64,000 bases of DNA from an uncultured candidate division Zixibacteria bacterium (GCA_963713865.1 OY970208.1:64001-128000); one strand, 5' to 3'. Positions 18,582 to 28,792 are shown, counted from the first letter of the stretch. The notes: generated from the sequence alone by a model not told the origin. Program-made: numbers and translations.

Positions 18582-18989
18582 CTACGCGACTTTATCTTTT
18601 AATTTTTCTAAGAAATAGTCACTGAATGCTTTGCGAAGTTCCCTCACCCACTTGACACAATTTTCACCTTTATTCATGAATTCTGTAAATCTTTTATCCA
18701 TATATTCTTTTTGAAAATGAAAAACTCCATTCCTGTACTTTTTCAACAGGGCAACATTGGGAGACTTTAATAAAGAGTCTATAGTTTGGTCTTGTAATTT
18801 TAATTCGTGCCATCCTTCGATAACAACATATAGTCCACCATACCAGTAAGACATATATAAAAAACTATCAATATTAAAATATTTAGGGTCTAATTTATTT
18901 TTATTAAGTAACACATTATCGAAGTGCAGCCTCATCCTATCAGCCCAGATGAAGTAGCGATGCAATGTCATCAATTTGTCTTTTCCCAT
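18582..18989 (-). CDS. Hypothetical protein with HEPN-like RxxxxH motif (AT-rich, accessory)
   Basis: All-helical-looking 135 aa with YRNGVFH. Confidence 0.6.
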   Translation of the reverse strand: MGKDKLMTLHRYFIWADRMRLHFDNVLLNKNKLDPKYFNIDSFLYMSYWYGGLYVVIEGWHELKLQDQTIDSLLKSPNVALLKKYRNGVFHFQKEYMDKRFTEFMNKGENCVKWVRELRKAFSDYFLEKLKDKVA

Positions 18990-19146
18990 TATAGTATTTT
19001 TACATATAACATAGGTTTATCTATACAATTTGAATCACGACTATCTTCAAGGATAAAAACCCACTATTTATTAATTTTTAAATAATTTACCCTCCTAAGG
19101 AAGAAACCACCAACCCCTATTATAAATTACCTCTATATAACTCAAT

Positions 19147-19743
19147 TCAAACCAGCGACCCCTCAACCCTGGCTTTCCTCAAGCAGTTATCGCAGAACTT
19201 CTCATTTTTTCGGTCAGTCTCTAAAAGCGAATTGGAGAAATACATCACACACCGAGGATTGGGACAATGCTTAAACCCTATCAGATGACCCAGCTCATGC
19301 ACTGCCTCTTTGGACAAACGGGAGAAATAGAGACCCTCCTCATCTGTGGCGTCATAGTTCTCCTGTTTAAGCCGAAAAAGGGAGATCACCGCCACCTTGC
19401 TTAAAGGGTCAGCCTCTCCAAAGACGAAATTCAGGGAAGGAACGTATAGGTCTTCATCGATTACCCCCAGGATCTTCTCACGGGGATTAGCCCTTAATAA
19501 ATCCAGTTTATTCAGGATAACTGTGGAATAATACTGCCCTCTTTGCTGGTTATATGCCTCCTGGGGAATCCTGATCCCCTGAAGAATATCCACTGCGGCG
19601 TTAAAAATCGAGACCAGGCTGGTGGCTAATTTATTTACTATCCCGTAATCCACGTCCCCTAAAGGGATGACCACGATCTTGCTTTTGGTGCTGACTGCCT
19701 TTTTTTCAATCATCTCTCTTTCTGCCTTAATCAGCCATTCCAC
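19147..19743 (-). CDS. Archaemetzincin-family Zn metalloprotease (M54)
   Basis: HELGHLIGFKHCPNPRCVMYFSNS...FCDNC. Confidence 0.9.
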   Translation of the reverse strand: MEWLIKAEREMIEKKAVSTKSKIVVIPLGDVDYGIVNKLATSLVSIFNAAVDILQGIRIPQEAYNQQRGQYYSTVILNKLDLLRANPREKILGVIDEDLYVPSLNFVFGEADPLSKVAVISLFRLKQENYDATDEEGLYFSRLSKEAVHELGHLIGFKHCPNPRCVMYFSNSLLETDRKNEKFCDNCLRKARVEGSLV

Positions 19744-19879
19744 ATCGTTTCTATGTTAATCATAAGCATAAATGAAAAAATGTCAATACCTTTTTTGAAA
19801 CTTTTTCGGGTTTTCTCCAATAATATGTTGTTCGTATTGCTATATACCCATCCATAATTTTTCAAAACCTACGAAAAAT

Positions 19880-19908
19880 GTAGGGGCAGGTTTCAAACCT
19901 GCCCCTAC
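19880..19908. repeat. Perfect GTAG-ended REP-like palindrome, family G
   Basis: GTAGGGGCAGGTTT-C-AAACCTGCCCCTAC. Confidence 0.85.
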
Positions 19909-19930
19909 GACTAAAGAAAAACGTAAAATA

Positions 19931-19955
19931 AAAAATCCCGCCAGAGACGGGATTT
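19931..19955 (-). terminator. Rho-independent terminator after the response regulator
   Basis: AAATCCCG..CGGGATTT hairpin with a T-run on the minus strand. Confidence 0.6.
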
Positions 19956-19984
19956 CTAAAAACTACTTTTTGAAGAAGGGGGGA

Positions 19985-20419
19985 CTATTTATTCATACTC
20001 ATCAGCACAATTCTCACAATCTCTAAAAGCCGGTCGCAGCTGAAGGGCTTTTTGATATACATATCTCCCCCTACCCTGAAGCTCCTCCCTTCATCCGATT
20101 TGGCATCCTTACCGGTGAGGAATATAACCGGGATATTTTCGGTCTCTTTATTCTTCTTTAGCTCATCGCATACCTCGTAACCATCCATAAAAGGCATCAT
20201 TATATCCAAAAGGATCAGGTCCGGCTTGAAGTTCTTGGCTCTTTCGATCCCCATGACGCTGGAATTCTCTATCATTACCTGATAACCAGCATCCTTAAGA
20301 AAGGTCTCGACTATCTCGGTGATTTCCGCCTCGTCGTCTATCACCAGTATCCTGGCAGACTTAGTCTTCTTTTCAAGTTTAGTCGAGCTCATATGTAAAG
20401 CATCCTTAGAGAAATCCAT
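19985..20419 (-). CDS. Single-domain response regulator (CheY-like receiver)
   Basis: ILVIDDE, DLILLDIMMP, IFLTG, KPF. Confidence 0.92.
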   Translation of the reverse strand: MDFSKDALHMSSTKLEKKTKSARILVIDDEAEITEIVETFLKDAGYQVMIENSSVMGIERAKNFKPDLILLDIMMPFMDGYEVCDELKKNKETENIPVIFLTGKDAKSDEGRSFRVGGDMYIKKPFSCDRLLEIVRIVLMSMNK

Positions 20420-20433
20420 ACTGCCCCCTTATC

Positions 20434-21234
20434 TTATTTAGTTAAAAGCCTCTGGTAAAATTCGGGCCTGCGATCTTCAAATATGAAATTATTTTCAGTA
20501 ATCTTCTTGTCCCGGGCTAAAAGAGGATTTATCTCTATTGATCCGATCTCTTCCCTACCCTGGCCTGCCCTTAAAAGGACCCTCCCCTCGGGATCAGTTA
20601 TCTGGCTCTTGCCGGTGAAGGAAAGTGTCCTCTCAGCTCTGTTTTCAGATCCAATCCGGTTACACGTGATCGTAAATACTCTATTCTCTAAACTTCGTGT
20701 GAGCATAGCCTCTTGTGCATAAGGCAAAACTAAATTCGAAGGATGACAGATAATATCTGCACCCTTTAAGGCTAAGATCCTGGACACTTCTGGAAAAAGC
20801 CAGTCAAAACAGACCATTATTCCTAACCCGAACTTACCACACTCAAAAACCTCCGGCTCTTTATCCCCGGGAGTAAAAAGAAATTTTTCCTGCTCAAAAA
20901 GATGAAGCTTGCGATATATTCCTTTTACCCCTTCAGGCGCAAGAAAAACCGCTGAGTTGTAAATCCTGTCATCATCTTCTTCGGCTATACCATATACCAG
21001 GCTGATTCTCCTTTTCTGGCAGAGACGAAACAAGAAGTCAGTAGTTTTTCCGTCCGGTACTTTCTCAGCTAAACTTTTCAACTCTGTTTTGTCTGCGAAA
21101 ATATACCCGGTATTAAAAAGTTCAGGTAAAACTAAAAGGTCTGCTTCTGCTTTTTCGATATAGCCTTCTGCCTTTTTGAGATTTTCCTCTTTTTTGCCAA
21201 AGAACGGAAAAATCTGGATAAAACCGACTTTCAA
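20434..21234 (-). CDS. Carbon-nitrogen hydrolase (nitrilase superfamily)
   Basis: Catalytic E-K-C: LPEL, YRKLHL, VCFDW. Confidence 0.9.
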   Translation of the reverse strand: MKVGFIQIFPFFGKKEENLKKAEGYIEKAEADLLVLPELFNTGYIFADKTELKSLAEKVPDGKTTDFLFRLCQKRRISLVYGIAEEDDDRIYNSAVFLAPEGVKGIYRKLHLFEQEKFLFTPGDKEPEVFECGKFGLGIMVCFDWLFPEVSRILALKGADIICHPSNLVLPYAQEAMLTRSLENRVFTITCNRIGSENRAERTLSFTGKSQITDPEGRVLLRAGQGREEIGSIEINPLLARDKKITENNFIFEDRRPEFYQRLLTK

Positions 21235-21311
21235 TTCATCCTCCTTTTTATTTTCGACTTAATTTATCAATATCTTTAGCTCAAAACGGTTTTGTAGAGC
21301 TCAAAGACGGT

Positions 21312-22703
21312 TTAAAGCACTATCTCCTCACCTCGATCCGGTATTCTAACGTTTTGTATGCCAACAGATTCGATTGACTCTTTCAAGGCTTGGGATTCTT
21401 TTTCCTCCCCATGTACCAGAAAAACTCCTTTAAGATTTTTCTGAGCTTGCTCTGCATATAGCAGAAGTTCGTTTTTGTCTGCATGGGCTGAAAAGGAATT
21501 CAACACCACTACCTCTGACTCAAGGTTATATTCTTCTCCGAATATTTTCACCACTGGATATTTCTCCACTATCCTCCTGCCCAGGGTATTTTCAGCCATA
21601 TACCCGACTACCAGGATGGTATTCCTTGGATCTTCAATATTGTTCTTGAGATGATGTAATATCCTCCCTCCTTCGCACATGCCCGAACCAGAAATAATCA
21701 TACAGGATTCATCCAGCCTGTTCAGCTTTTTTGATTCTTCGGGATCGGTAATGTAAGTAATCCTTTTCAATCCAAAAGGGTCTTCCTCTTTTTCCAGAAT
21801 CATTTTAGTTTCTTTATCAAAGCATTCCGGGTGAAGTTTAAAAACTTCAGTTACATTGACTGCTAAAGGACTATCCACATAAACCGGCAATTTCGGTATC
21901 CTGCCTTCTTTTTCCAGGAGGTGCAGGCAGTAAATAATCTCCTGGGTCCTCTCTAAGGCAAAAGCAGGAACGATTATCTTCCCTCCTCTCTGGTAAGTTC
22001 GGTTGATTGTTTGAGCCAGCCTCTCTGCTGTGGTGCTGAAATCATCGTGTAACCTGCTTCCATAGGTACTTTCCAGGATAAGATAATCTATGTCCTTAAC
22101 CTGGAACGGATCTTTCAATATGGGCATCTTCTTTCTGCCTAAATCAACTGCATATAAAATCCTGGTCTTTTTCCCATTTTCAAAAACTTCAAAATAACTC
22201 AGAGCTGAGCCTAAGATATGGCCGGCATCGTAAAAAGTCACTCTAACATTCGGGGTTATGTAGAAAAACCTGTTGTAGGCTATTCCTTTGAACTGCTCTA
22301 AAGATTTTTCTGCTTCTTCAACCGTATAAAGCGGAGATATTATTTGAACTCCTTTTTTCTTGTTTCTTTTATTAAGATATTCTGCATCTTTCTCCTGCAG
22401 ATTTGCTGAATCCCTGAGCATAAGCAGACACAGGTCCCGGGTAGCAAATGTGGAATAGATTGTATTCCTGTATCCATTTTTTACCAGGGTAGGGATATTC
22501 CCGGAATGGTCAAGATGAGCATGCGACAAAACCATACGCTCTATGGTTTGAGGCTCAAAAGGTAAGCTTTTGTTTCTCTGGTTTGATTCCTCTCTTCTTC
22601 CCTGGAAAAGCCCGCAGTCGATTAAAACCTTTTTACCCTCGGACTCTAAGATATGCATCGAGCCGGTTACCGATTTTGTCCCGCCTAAAAATTTTATCTT
22701 CAA
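21312..22703 (-). CDS. MBL-fold / beta-CASP ribonuclease
   Basis: SHAHLDHSG, AGHILGS, ESTYG, FSAHAD, LVHGE. Confidence 0.9.
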   Translation of the reverse strand: MKIKFLGGTKSVTGSMHILESEGKKVLIDCGLFQGRREESNQRNKSLPFEPQTIERMVLSHAHLDHSGNIPTLVKNGYRNTIYSTFATRDLCLLMLRDSANLQEKDAEYLNKRNKKKGVQIISPLYTVEEAEKSLEQFKGIAYNRFFYITPNVRVTFYDAGHILGSALSYFEVFENGKKTRILYAVDLGRKKMPILKDPFQVKDIDYLILESTYGSRLHDDFSTTAERLAQTINRTYQRGGKIIVPAFALERTQEIIYCLHLLEKEGRIPKLPVYVDSPLAVNVTEVFKLHPECFDKETKMILEKEEDPFGLKRITYITDPEESKKLNRLDESCMIISGSGMCEGGRILHHLKNNIEDPRNTILVVGYMAENTLGRRIVEKYPVVKIFGEEYNLESEVVVLNSFSAHADKNELLLYAEQAQKNLKGVFLVHGEEKESQALKESIESVGIQNVRIPDRGEEIVL

Positions 22704-22806
22704 ACCAACCTCCCAATAGTAATTGACTTATTCCTCAGCCTTTTTCTAACCCTTTCAACATAATTTAAACTTCAAACACTGTCAAACTAAAATTTTTTTT
22801 AGATGA

Positions 22807-23072
22807 CCCCACCTTGAGGACAAGGTGGGGTTACCGATTATGGTAGAACAGACATCTTGTCTGTTTATACGGATACAGAAGACTAAAATCCCGCAACGAC
22901 GCAATCGTTTCTGATAATAAGAAAGCAAGATTTCTCTTTATTTTTAATTTAAACTATTTTATTATTTAAACTCAGAATAGTAATCTTCCCGCCTTGAGGG
23001 CAAGGCGGGATTACCGTGCTACCGGAATCCGGTAGACCCAGAGCCTGCCCGTAGGGTTGCCCTCAACCTGGG
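22807..23072. repeat. Palindrome mosaic (family E CCCRCCTTG-N4-CAAGGYGGG x2, family F, family J)
   Basis: 22807-22830, 22842-22865, 22987-23010, about 23047-23072; family E recurs at 30800, 31022, 33265, 37606, 47652. Confidence 0.75.
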
Positions 23073-23116
23073 CTATGATCTTATTTTTTAAAAGAATGGG
23101 GTCGTAAGGATTATAT

Positions 23117-24148
23117 ATGAAGAAAATAAATATAAAAGGTCTCTGGATAGAAGAATTAGAAGGCATACTGGATAAATTAGGTGAGAAAAAGTATAAAGCT
23201 AAGCAGTTAGTCAAGTGGATTTATAATAAAGGGTCATCGGATTTCGAGCAGATGACCGACCTGTCCAAAGAGCTTAGAAAAAAATTAGCTGGGATCGCAT
23301 TTATTGATAAATTAAAGCTTATAAAAAAACAGACCTCCAGGATCGACCAAACTGAGAAATTCCTGTTTGAGCTTTCCGATGGCAAAAAAATAGAAACTGT
23401 CCTGATGCGAGAAAAAGATAGGGTAACTCTCTGTATCTCTACCCAGGTTGGCTGTGCTTTAAACTGTATCTTCTGCGCTACTGGTTCAATGGGATTTGAA
23501 AGAAATCTCTCTGCCGGAGAAATAGTTGATCAGATCATCTGTGCAAAAGAATTCTTGAAGGAAGATGAAAGAATTACCAATTTAGTGATAATGGGGATGG
23601 GCGAGCCTTTGTTGAACTATGGCAATACGATCAAAGCTGCAAGAATTATCCAGTCGGAAATAGGTTTATCCATCTCTGCAAAAAGGATAACCCTTTCCAC
23701 AGCCGGAATCGTTCCCCAAATTTACAAATTAGCAGATGCAGGACTGAAGATAAAATTAGCCTTATCTCTAAACGCTCCGGATGACGAGCTTAGAAAAAAA
23801 CTTATGCCCATAACAAAAACATATCCTCTATCCAAAGTTATGGAGGCTTTGAAATATTATACCGAGAAAACTGACACCCGCATAACTTTTGAATATGTTC
23901 TGATAAAAGATATAAACGATTCAAAGGAACAAGCCTTAGAGCTGGCAAAACTGGTAAGAGGAATCCCCTGTAAGATAAATCTGATCCCCTATAATCCTGT
24001 TAAAAACTGTCCTTTTGAAAAACCAGATGAAGAGACTTTACAGAAATTCAGGGATATACTATATCCCCGAGCACCTGCGGTAACTTTGCGCAAAAGCAAA
24101 GGAGAGGATATTCAAGCAGCCTGTGGACAATTGAAAGGTAATAGGTAG
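23117..24148 (+). CDS. rlmN: 23S rRNA (A2503-C2)/tRNA methyltransferase
   Basis: CISTQVGCALNCIFC, MGMGEPL, INLIPYN, DIQAACGQL. Confidence 0.96.
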   Translation: MKKINIKGLWIEELEGILDKLGEKKYKAKQLVKWIYNKGSSDFEQMTDLSKELRKKLAGIAFIDKLKLIKKQTSRIDQTEKFLFELSDGKKIETVLMREKDRVTLCISTQVGCALNCIFCATGSMGFERNLSAGEIVDQIICAKEFLKEDERITNLVIMGMGEPLLNYGNTIKAARIIQSEIGLSISAKRITLSTAGIVPQIYKLADAGLKIKLALSLNAPDDELRKKLMPITKTYPLSKVMEALKYYTEKTDTRITFEYVLIKDINDSKEQALELAKLVRGIPCKINLIPYNPVKNCPFEKPDEETLQKFRDILYPRAPAVTLRKSKGEDIQAACGQLKGNR

Positions 24149-24151
24149 CGT

Positions 24152-24256
24152 GTAGGGGCGACCCGGCGGGTCGCACCTACAGATTTTCGTAATGCAACCC
24201 TTGCAGGGTCGCCCGAGCGAGGCTGAAAGTCTTAAGACCTTGAGGCCTCGCACTAC
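24152..24256. repeat. GTAG-type REP cluster between convergent genes
   Basis: GTAGGGGCGACCCG-GCGGGTCGCACCTAC, then GCAACCCT-AGGGTCGC and GCGAGGC...GCCTCGCACTAC. Confidence 0.7.
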
Positions 24257-24675
24257 AATCTTCTTCTACATTTCTTCAAATAACTTTCTAATTCTTTCAA
24301 GGAACAAAATACTTTTTTCGAGAGAAATTTCACCACCCAGTTTTCTTTTAAAGGCGAGATCGTCCAAACCGGAATTTTCTTTTGATGGCACTCCCACATT
24401 TCAACCGCAGTACCCATGCTTGCTTCTGGCAGGTAAGCAATGACTAAATCCGAGCAAAGAGCTTCTTCAATACACTTGTGGAAAACTCTCTTACCAGTTT
24501 TATAAGTGTAATAAGCTGACCTCGGATGAACCGAAACCGGATCGATAATTCTGGCTTCAGGAAAATATTTTTTCAGAATCTTTTTTAAATCTTTTCTATA
24601 ATCCTGATTATGCAAAACCTTCCCCTTTTTAGACCCCTGGATAATTCCGGCGATGAAAATGGTTTTAATCTTCAT
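24253..24675 (-). CDS. Nucleoside 2-deoxyribosyltransferase-like protein
   Basis: IFIAG, DLVIAYLPEASMGTAVEM pattern; start at MKIKTIF, since the upstream extension is repeat-derived. Confidence 0.6.
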   Translation of the reverse strand: MKIKTIFIAGIIQGSKKGKVLHNQDYRKDLKKILKKYFPEARIIDPVSVHPRSAYYTYKTGKRVFHKCIEEALCSDLVIAYLPEASMGTAVEMWECHQKKIPVWTISPLKENWVVKFLSKKVFCSLKELESYLKKCRRRL

Positions 24676-24754
24676 AAATTTTCTTTGTCCGACAGAAACG
24701 CCGGACCTTGCAATTATCCCTCTCCTTTCCAAGGAGAGGGATAGGGAAAGGTGG

Positions 24755-24785
24755 GCTACCAGCTACTTGCTACACGCTACAAGCT
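24755..24785. repeat. Heptamer tandem repeat (GCTACNN)n
   Basis: gctacca gctactt gctacac gctacaa gct; same family at 42375-42416 and inverted at 50472-50496. Confidence 0.75.
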
Positions 24786-24791
24786 TTTTCT

Positions 24792-25781
24792 TTATGCCAA
24801 ATTCATCGCTATTGCTACCACGTTCACAATATCCTCCACGCTGCATCCTCTGGATAAATCATTGGCTGGCTTAGCCAAACCCTGAATTATTGGACCTATC
24901 GCCTCAGCTTTGGCTAATCTCTGAACCAACTTATAGGCAATATTGCCTGCATTTAAATCCGGGAAGATTAAAACGTTAGCCTCACCTTTTAAAATACTAT
25001 CCGGACATTTTTTCTGGGCAACTTTTGGAATGATAGCCGCATCTCCCTGTAATTCCCCATCGATTTTAAAACTTGGCTCTTGTTCTCTGGCAAGTTTAGT
25101 TGCCTCCAAAACTTTATCTATCATCTCATGTTCGGCACTTCCCTTGGTGGAGAATGAGAGCATAGCCACTTTGGGCTCTTCTCCCACCAGATCCCGCATC
25201 GTCTTAGCACAGGATAAAGCAATAGAAGCTAATTGTTTTGGATCAGGGTTTGGAAGAACCGCACAATCACCAAATACAAAAATTTTATCTTTAATCCCCA
25301 AGAATTCTGGTACTACCATTATAAAAGAACTGGAAACCGTATTGATACCCGGCGCTAGCCCGATGATATGCAATCCTGCTCGCAAAACGTCTCCGGTAGT
25401 ATTAATAGAGCCAGCCACAAACCCGTCCACCTCGTTTTTCCTGACCAGCATCGCCCCATAAAATAAGGGATTTAGCATAATCTTTTTAGCCTCTTCCCTG
25501 GTCATCCCCTTTTTCTCCCTTATACGAAAATATTCCTCAGTATATTCCCCGTATTTAGGAGAAGTTGCTGGATCAATAACCTTAACTTTATTCAAATCCA
25601 AACCGAAAGTCTTACTGAGTTCCTCTATCTTTTTCTTTTCACCTAAAAGCGTTACCTCTGCAATCTTCTCAGAAACGATCTCCTTAGCCGCCTTAATCAT
25701 CCTTTCTTCAGTCCCTTCTGGCAGAACCACCCTTTTGTGCTTGGCTTTAGCCTTTTCCCTTATCTGTTTTATGATCTCCAT
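24792..25781 (-). CDS. pta: Phosphate acetyltransferase
   Basis: VVLPEG, AMLSFSTKGS, DGELQGDAA, FPDLNAGNIAYK, NDLSRGC. Confidence 0.95.
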   Translation of the reverse strand: MEIIKQIREKAKAKHKRVVLPEGTEERMIKAAKEIVSEKIAEVTLLGEKKKIEELSKTFGLDLNKVKVIDPATSPKYGEYTEEYFRIREKKGMTREEAKKIMLNPLFYGAMLVRKNEVDGFVAGSINTTGDVLRAGLHIIGLAPGINTVSSSFIMVVPEFLGIKDKIFVFGDCAVLPNPDPKQLASIALSCAKTMRDLVGEEPKVAMLSFSTKGSAEHEMIDKVLEATKLAREQEPSFKIDGELQGDAAIIPKVAQKKCPDSILKGEANVLIFPDLNAGNIAYKLVQRLAKAEAIGPIIQGLAKPANDLSRGCSVEDIVNVVAIAMNLA

Positions 25782-25881
25782 ACAGCTCCTTCAAGAATTT
25801 TGATGGTTATGGGTGTTTTATGTTTTCTCGATCCTCAGTCTATAGAGGGTTATTACAATATTTACGTTAATCCTTCGATAA

Positions 25882-26178
25882 TTATCCTTCATCTCTGAAA
25901 AGGGAATCCCATTTCTTTTTCAGATCCTCTTTGGAAAGAGGTCCATTGCTGGCAACTTTGTTTTGTTTCATCCTTGGCTCAAAGAACTCGCAGAAATTAC
26001 CTTTCTCCTTATATCTAACCCATTCAGCCTCCGGCTCGTGACATTGATGGTGAGCATCTTTATCGTAAAGCTGGCAGTTATAACAGCATTTTAAATCTAT
26101 TCCGCAGTTTGGGCAGGCATCCTTGCGACCTATCTTTTCTGGAACCTCCACCTCTTTTTTACAGCTCCAGCAAATCAT
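25882..26178 (-). CDS. Small Cys-rich (zinc-binding) hypothetical protein
   Basis: CWSC, CPNC, CCYNC, NFCEFF. Confidence 0.75.
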   Translation of the reverse strand: MICWSCKKEVEVPEKIGRKDACPNCGIDLKCCYNCQLYDKDAHHQCHEPEAEWVRYKEKGNFCEFFEPRMKQNKVASNGPLSKEDLKKKWDSLFRDEG

Positions 26179-26196
26179 AAAATTCTCCTCTAAACT

Positions 26197-27297
26197 TTAT
26201 TTATCTTTTAGATCGATTTCAGTCTCAACTTTTTGATAATTGGCAGAAGGATATGAAAAATAGAACTTGTTTGAATCACTCGACCATCTAAAATCTGAAA
26301 TCGGACGATCGGTTATAACCTTATAGGTTTTAATTAACTCTATCTTTTCTGGTTCTGTAAACTCATAAAAGTTGATGTATTTTCCCGAATCATTTGCTCT
26401 TAATATGGCTAAATGGCTACCATTAGGCGACCAGATGGGGTTAGAAAATTTAAGGCTATCAAAGTAGTCAAATAATAGTAAAACCCTGCTTATAACATCA
26501 AAAACCCCAAGAAAACTCAACGACTCTCCTCCAATGAGAACGATCCGATTATTATGCGGGGAAGGGGCAATCTGTGAAATATAAAAATATCTATCTTTCG
26601 CAAAATCCTGGAATTTTTTCCCTAAGCCTTCAGCAAGCTTTGGTAGGTCAGCTAATTTCAAAATTGGCTCTCTTTCAGTAGATACATATAAATCGCTAAC
26701 TCCCCAGCCTGTGTAAAAGCTCACATCAGAACTGATTGGTTCTTTAATAGTCGATAATTCCTCTAAACAAATTTTTTGTCTCCCCTGTTGAACTGGTTTC
26801 CAATAGCAGTAAACTTGATAGCAATCCGTTCCCTGAATTTTCTCCAAACTATCACCTATAGCTGCGTAAATAATGTTCTTGGATTTTAGATCTATCACTT
26901 GTATACCACCAGAAATATAATAACAATCCATTAAAATCACGAAGATAAAATCCTTTCCCCTGAATGAATTCCACAACAAGGTATCCGTACTGATCTCAAA
27001 TTTATGCAGAAAAGTCCTTTCTCTACCATCCACCTTGCAGTAGTAAACGTCCCTTCCCTCACTCTCAAAACCCAAATAATTACTGGTGGTATAAGCTACA
27101 TATTTCTCATCCGGAGAAAGGACTATGGTATTGGGTGACTGGGGTTCCCATTGCCTGACAATCTGAAATTTTTCGCCGCTTTCCAATTGTGTACAATAAT
27201 AACCATTTTCCAGTACTATTTTAACTTTACCCTCTCCTGAATAGGTAACACCCCAAGTTAAAAATAAAATTAAAAGTATGTGATTAATCCTGAACAT
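26197..27297 (-). CDS. Secreted hypothetical protein with TolB/PD40-like beta-propeller motifs
   Basis: Signal peptide; LSPDEK, WSPNG, WSSDS motifs. Confidence 0.6.
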   Translation of the reverse strand: MFRINHILLILFLTWGVTYSGEGKVKIVLENGYYCTQLESGEKFQIVRQWEPQSPNTIVLSPDEKYVAYTTSNYLGFESEGRDVYYCKVDGRERTFLHKFEISTDTLLWNSFRGKDFIFVILMDCYYISGGIQVIDLKSKNIIYAAIGDSLEKIQGTDCYQVYCYWKPVQQGRQKICLEELSTIKEPISSDVSFYTGWGVSDLYVSTEREPILKLADLPKLAEGLGKKFQDFAKDRYFYISQIAPSPHNNRIVLIGGESLSFLGVFDVISRVLLLFDYFDSLKFSNPIWSPNGSHLAILRANDSGKYINFYEFTEPEKIELIKTYKVITDRPISDFRWSSDSNKFYFSYPSANYQKVETEIDLKDK

Positions 27298-27307
27298 CTA
27301 TTCAAAT

Positions 27308-28451
27308 CTATTTCTTAATTTCGTTTCTGCTTTTATCCTTTGAATCATCTTTTCCAACAGCAGAAGATTCTTTGGACTGGCTCAAGTATGACCGGATAAA
27401 ATCATCTATCTCTCCATCCATCACTGCCTGTCCATTTGAAGTCTCAAACCCGGTGCGGTGATCTTTGACCAGTATATAAGGATGAAAAACATAGGAGCGG
27501 ATCTGGCTGCCCCATTCGATCTTTTTTTTCTTCTTCTCCATCTCCTGAAGTTTTTCCTCTTCTTTTTCTTTATAGAATTGATACAGACGCGACTTCAAAA
27601 CTTTTAAGGCATTATCCTTGTTCTGGAACTGAGACCTTTCGGATTGACACTGCACCACAATCCCGGTAGGGAGATGGGTAATCCTCACCGCTGATGAGGT
27701 TTTGTTAATATGCTGCCCGCCGTGTCCTGATGCCCTGAAAGTATCTATTCTCAAATCATCCTCTTTTATTTCTACAGTGATATTATCTTCTATTTCGGGA
27801 TAAATGAAAACTGAGGCAAAAGAGGTATGTCTCCTCTTATTAGCATCAAAGGGCGATATCCTTACCAAACGATGAACCCCGCTTTCCGCTTTCAGGAATC
27901 CATAAGCATAATCACCTTTAACCTCTACCGTTGCGCTCTTTATTCCGGCTTCTTCTCCAGCTTGCAGATCGATTACCTCGCCTTTAAACCCTTTATTCTC
28001 TATCCATCTCAAATACATCCTTAAAAGCATCTGAGCCCAGTCCTGAGACTCAGTTCCTCCAGCCCCTGAATGGATTGCCAGAAGAGCGTTCTTGGGGTCA
28101 TCCTCCCCGGATAAAATAGTAGAGAATTCAAAATCCTCTATTTCTTCTTCTAATTTCTTAAACCCTTTATCCAGTTCAATTCTAAGTGCATCATCCTCCT
28201 GAGAAAGCTCATCCAATACCTGAACCTCTTCAAAATCTTTATTAAGCTTCTTCCACCTTTCGTTCAATTTCTTTATGAAGGTTATCTCTTTTAGAATCAA
28301 CTGGGCTTTTTCATTATCTTTCCAGAAGTCAGGCTCATGCGTCAACTTTTCTAAATCATCTAATTTCTTAGTCTTTTCTTTCAGGTCAAAGATACTCCCC
28401 TAATTTTTTTACCCTGTCTTTCAGTTCGTCTAAACTTTTCTCTTCAGGCAT
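27308..28451 (-). CDS. prfB: Peptide chain release factor 2 (programmed +1 frameshift)
   Basis: SPF and GGQ motifs; ATG at 28451 with GGAGG SD; GGGGAG-TAT-CTT-TGA-C slippery site at 28385-28400. Confidence 0.97.
28385..28400 (-). promoter_or_regulatory. RF2 autoregulatory +1 frameshift site
   Basis: Internal SD GGGGAG, 3 nt, then CTT TGA C. Confidence 0.95.
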
Positions 28452-28715
28452 AATACCTCCTTTTTCTCATAAAGTCTTAAAACTTAATATAAATTCATTT
28501 AAGCCAAAGTCAACTTCTTCTTTAAACTCAAATGGTTGTGACTTGGTAAATTCACGTTACCCTCAACGTGGATAATTTAATCCTGTCTTGATGACTAGAC
28601 AGAATTACTGAATAAAAGAAACTCAATCTAAGGTAGAACCAGTTTGCCAACAATCTAAATCAACCATCCAATTCTGTAAGCAAGATGGGGTTACTGTCAC
28701 TAATATTCTTTAAAC

Positions 28716-28743
28716 TTGACAGTTCAAGAAAAGTAAGTAGATT
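28716..28743 (+). promoter_or_regulatory. Putative sigma70 promoter of the NFACT gene
   Basis: TTGACA-N16-TAGATT. Confidence 0.5.
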
Positions 28744-28792
28744 AATCCTGTTTTTATGGTCCGTTTCTCGGATTTGAAAACTGTGATATTCT

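Noticed and set aside
18024-19030. Integron attC sites around the AT-rich cassette
   Set aside because: Only half-site-like words (TAAC / GTTATAT); no convincing L-box pairing and no integrase in the window. Mentioned only as a weak hint
23011-24443. Short ORFs 23011..23214, 24059..24253, 24192..24443
   Set aside because: Antisense to rlmN or the next gene, or composed of REP sequence
24943-25461. 172-aa plus-strand ORF and many similar shadow ORFs (e.g. 7133, 36716, 42447, 47991, 49440)
   Set aside because: Antisense shadows of well-supported genes with Ser/Pro/Phe-rich non-protein-like composition
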